A stretch of 64,000 bases of DNA from Octopus vulgaris (taxonomy: Eukaryota): contig OX597827.1 of the NCBI GenBank assembly GCA_951406725.2, positions 42,222,001-42,286,000 of the forward strand. Reading direction: 5' to 3'. The position numbers and the translations under genes are program-made. Positions within the stretch are counted from its first letter, which is position 1. Every line of letters starts with the position of its first letter. A model generated the notes under the pieces. That model was not told the origin of the DNA. It did not search any database and worked only from the letters and a program-made list of their open reading frames with translations. Positions 60,747 through 64,000 of this stretch are shown in pieces.

Positions 60747-61157
60747 GGCGAGCTGGCAGAATCGTTAGCACGACGGGCAAAATGCGTTGCCGTATTACGT
60801 CTGCCGTTACGTTCTGAGTTCAAATTCCGCCGAAATCGACTTTGCTTTCATCCTTTCGGGGTCGATAAATTAAGTACCAGTTACGCTCTGGCGTCGATGT
60901 AATCGACTTAATCCCTTTGTCTGTCCTTGTTTGTCCCCTCTGTGTTTAGCCCCTTGTGGGTAATAAAGAAATAGGTATTTCGTCTGCCGTTACGTTCTGA
61001 GTTCAAATTCCGCCGAAGTCGACTTTGCTTTCATCCTTTCGGGTATCGATAAATTAAGTACCAGTTACGCACTGGCGTCGATGTAATCGACTTAATCCCT
61101 TTGTCTGTCCTTGTTTGTCCCCTCTGTGTTTAGCCCCTTATGGGTAGCTAAGAAATA
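60747..61157 (+). mobile_element. SINE family B with a local ~181 bp tandem duplication
   Basis: Both units share private variants (CTGGCGTCGAT, TTGCTTTCATC). Confidence 0.88.
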
Positions 61158-61511
61158 TATTTTCACATAAGAAGATTGGAACAACGTCAAATGAAGTGCT
61201 ATGCTAAAGAAAACACCACACGCCGCCTAGCGCAAGGACAGAACACACCATTTTATGATCGGGGGTCCAACACCGGAACCAACCGGCCTTGCGCTTTTTA
61301 AAAAAACATATCTGTGCTCATCAACTGGGTTCTATCTCATCTTTGTTCCATGAAACAATGTGTGCTTTTTTGCTTCTTGTTCTGTGTGTGTGTGTGTAAA
61401 TTAGGTGAGCTTTACGGAGATGTATGTGCTTCGATTCTAATCGAATCTGATCGGAAGATAGTGATAGGATTCGATTAGAAAGGAAACAGAAATAACACTG
61501 AACAACTCATC

Positions 61512-61576
<65 letters not shown>

Positions 61577-61656
61577 CTTTGCTTGCTCTGTCTTTCGCTC
61601 ACCATCTCTTTCTTTCACACTCCCTCTACACATACACACGCACACACACATATGCA

Positions 61657-61697
<41 letters not shown>

Positions 61698-61779
61698 TCA
61701 GAGTATTTGCTTGTCGTATGTAACTGATATCGACGGCGACGACGACAATGACTCGGACGACGTTAACGACGACGGCAAC

Positions 61780-62066
61780 GAAGAAGAAGAAGAAGAAGAA
61801 GAAGAAGAAGAAGAAGAAGAAGAAGAAGAAGAAGAAGAAGAAGAAGAAGAAGAAGAAGAAGAAGAAGAGGAGAGGAAGAGGAAGCAGAAGAAGAAGAAGT
61901 GGAGAAAGAAGAAGAAGAAGAAGAAGAAGAAGAAGAAGAAGAAGAAGAAGAAGAAGAAGAAGAAGAAGAAGAAGAAGAAGAAGAAAAAGGAGAGGAAGAA
62001 GAAGAAGAAGAAGAAGAAGAAGAAGAAGAAGAAGAAGAAGAAGAAGAAGAAGAAGAAGAAGAAGAA
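61780..62066. repeat. (GAA)n tract of ~290 bp
   Basis: Directly visible. Confidence 0.95.
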
Positions 62067-62548
62067 GGAAAGAGAAAAGGACTGGAGTGAACGAAAGCAA
62101 TATATAGATGTGTATATATATATATGATATCTTGAAACCATGGTACAGGAGATATATGGCAAATATTTTAAATTTTTCATTCCCTTTCGAAATTACCCCA
62201 AATAGTGGTTTGGATTTTAATTATTCCTTCTAGCGGGTTAGATGTCCTATTATGGCCATCTCTTATGTGTTTAGATACACACTGAATTTACATCAATAAT
62301 ATATAGTCTATTGACTAGTTTTTTTTTTTCACGCTAGACCACTGATACTAAAAAATTTCTATATAAAATTTTACTACTCTGAAATTTATTAATAATGATA
62401 TATATATATATATATATAACCGAAAGGAAAATTTTCAATTGTTACTGTTAGTGACTGATGATGCGGGGTAGCACATACATTGCTAGAAACAAGAGTCAAA
62501 CACCCTTCTGGCCACAGGAATCATATTGTCTATGTACTGACATATATA

Positions 62549-62604
<56 letters not shown>

Positions 62605-62796
62605 GACACACCTATATACACACACATACGTATACACGCATAGGAGCAGTCATGGCCGAGCATTTCAGGAGCTCGATTTGCAGTCACAGTTCCGCGTTCA
62701 ATCATGCTGCGCGGCACCTTGGACAAGTGTCTTCTACCATAACCGGCCGAGGACCTTTAAGTGAAACTGACAGGCGGATATATATGTATGTGCATG

Positions 62797-62856
<60 letters not shown>

Positions 62857-62949
62857 CCCCCCAGAGGTATACTCTCTGAATATATATATATATATATATA
62901 CTCCCGGTTTAAAAGTATATATATATATATATACTGTGCTTGTGTGTTA

Positions 62950-63038
62950 TTGATGGTGGTGGTGATGATGATGATGATGAATATGATGATGACGACGACG
63001 ACGAGACATGACGATGACGACGAAGATGAGGCCGACTG

Positions 63039-63076
<38 letters not shown>

Positions 63077-63080
63077 GTGG

Positions 63081-63121
<41 letters not shown>

Positions 63122-63128
63122 GTGGTGG

Positions 63129-63159
<31 letters not shown>

Positions 63160-63221
63160 GATGATGATGATAATAATGATGGTGATGATGATGATGATAA
63201 TGATGATGATGATGATGGTGG

Positions 63222-63262
<41 letters not shown>

Positions 63263-63266
63263 GTGG

Positions 63267-63300
<34 letters not shown>

Positions 63301-63465
63301 GATGATGATGATAAAGATAATGGTGATGATGATGATGGTGGTGATGATGAGGAAGATGATGATGATGATGATGATGGTGATAATAATGATGATGGTGGTG
63401 GCGGTGATGATGATGATGGTGACGATGGTGATCATGTTGATGATGATGGTGATTGTGGTGATGAT
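62950..63465. repeat. (GAT/GGT)n tract with higher-order duplications
   Basis: Directly visible. Confidence 0.93.
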
Positions 63466-63562
63466 ATTTTTGATGAGTTACTACTAGTGCTGCTGCTGCT
63501 ATTGCACTTAACCTACAAATCCACACATAGAGAACCAAATCGATAACGCACACACACACACA

Positions 63563-63605
<43 letters not shown>

Positions 63606-63761
63606 ACTTGCTTACGCACAGATATACAGACACTTCCTGTCAATAGACACACACACACACACACAAGCATACGCACTCACAACATACACACACACACACA
63701 CACACAAAAGCAACTACACTGAGCTACACTAGTTTCAAATAACGCAAAGATCAATACTGAA

Positions 63762-63811
<50 letters not shown>

Positions 63812-64000
63812 AACACACACACATATATACACACACACTAACACAAAGACGCATACATATACAAACACACACACTTTACTCTTAACACTTACACATAAAC
63901 CACACACACACACACACACACACATACACACGTACACGCACATTGCACACATACACACCATACATAAACAACCCATACACGAACACAATGCAAACACACA

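Overview
Eukaryotic, extremely repeat-rich, apparently intronic or intergenic DNA. The microsatellite density and the tRNA-derived SINE set suggest a cephalopod (octopus-like) genome; this is inference only. No intact host gene is visible, and nearly all supplied ORFs are translations of microsatellites or SINEs. Real coding signal comes only from transposon relics: R4/Dong-type RLE non-LTR elements lying in (TAA)n tracts (best copy 29989-32056), RTE, Tx1/L1 and Penelope-like (PLE) fragments, three mariner derivatives and a non-autonomous Helitron. At least five SINE families are present (called A-E here), often nested with visible target-site duplications (TSDs). Two things stand out. (1) Six loci with minimal hammerhead-ribozyme-like motifs in short elements mostly embedded in (TA)n, including two copies sharing an A6U core variant and one joined back-to-back with a tRNA-like head. 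(2) Five fold-back inverted repeats with 34-655 bp arms: two carry hammerheads, and two duplicate unique DNA across similar 1.3-1.4 kb spacers. One weak candidate host exon (19437-19519) is noted. All alignments were done by eye and boundaries are approximate.
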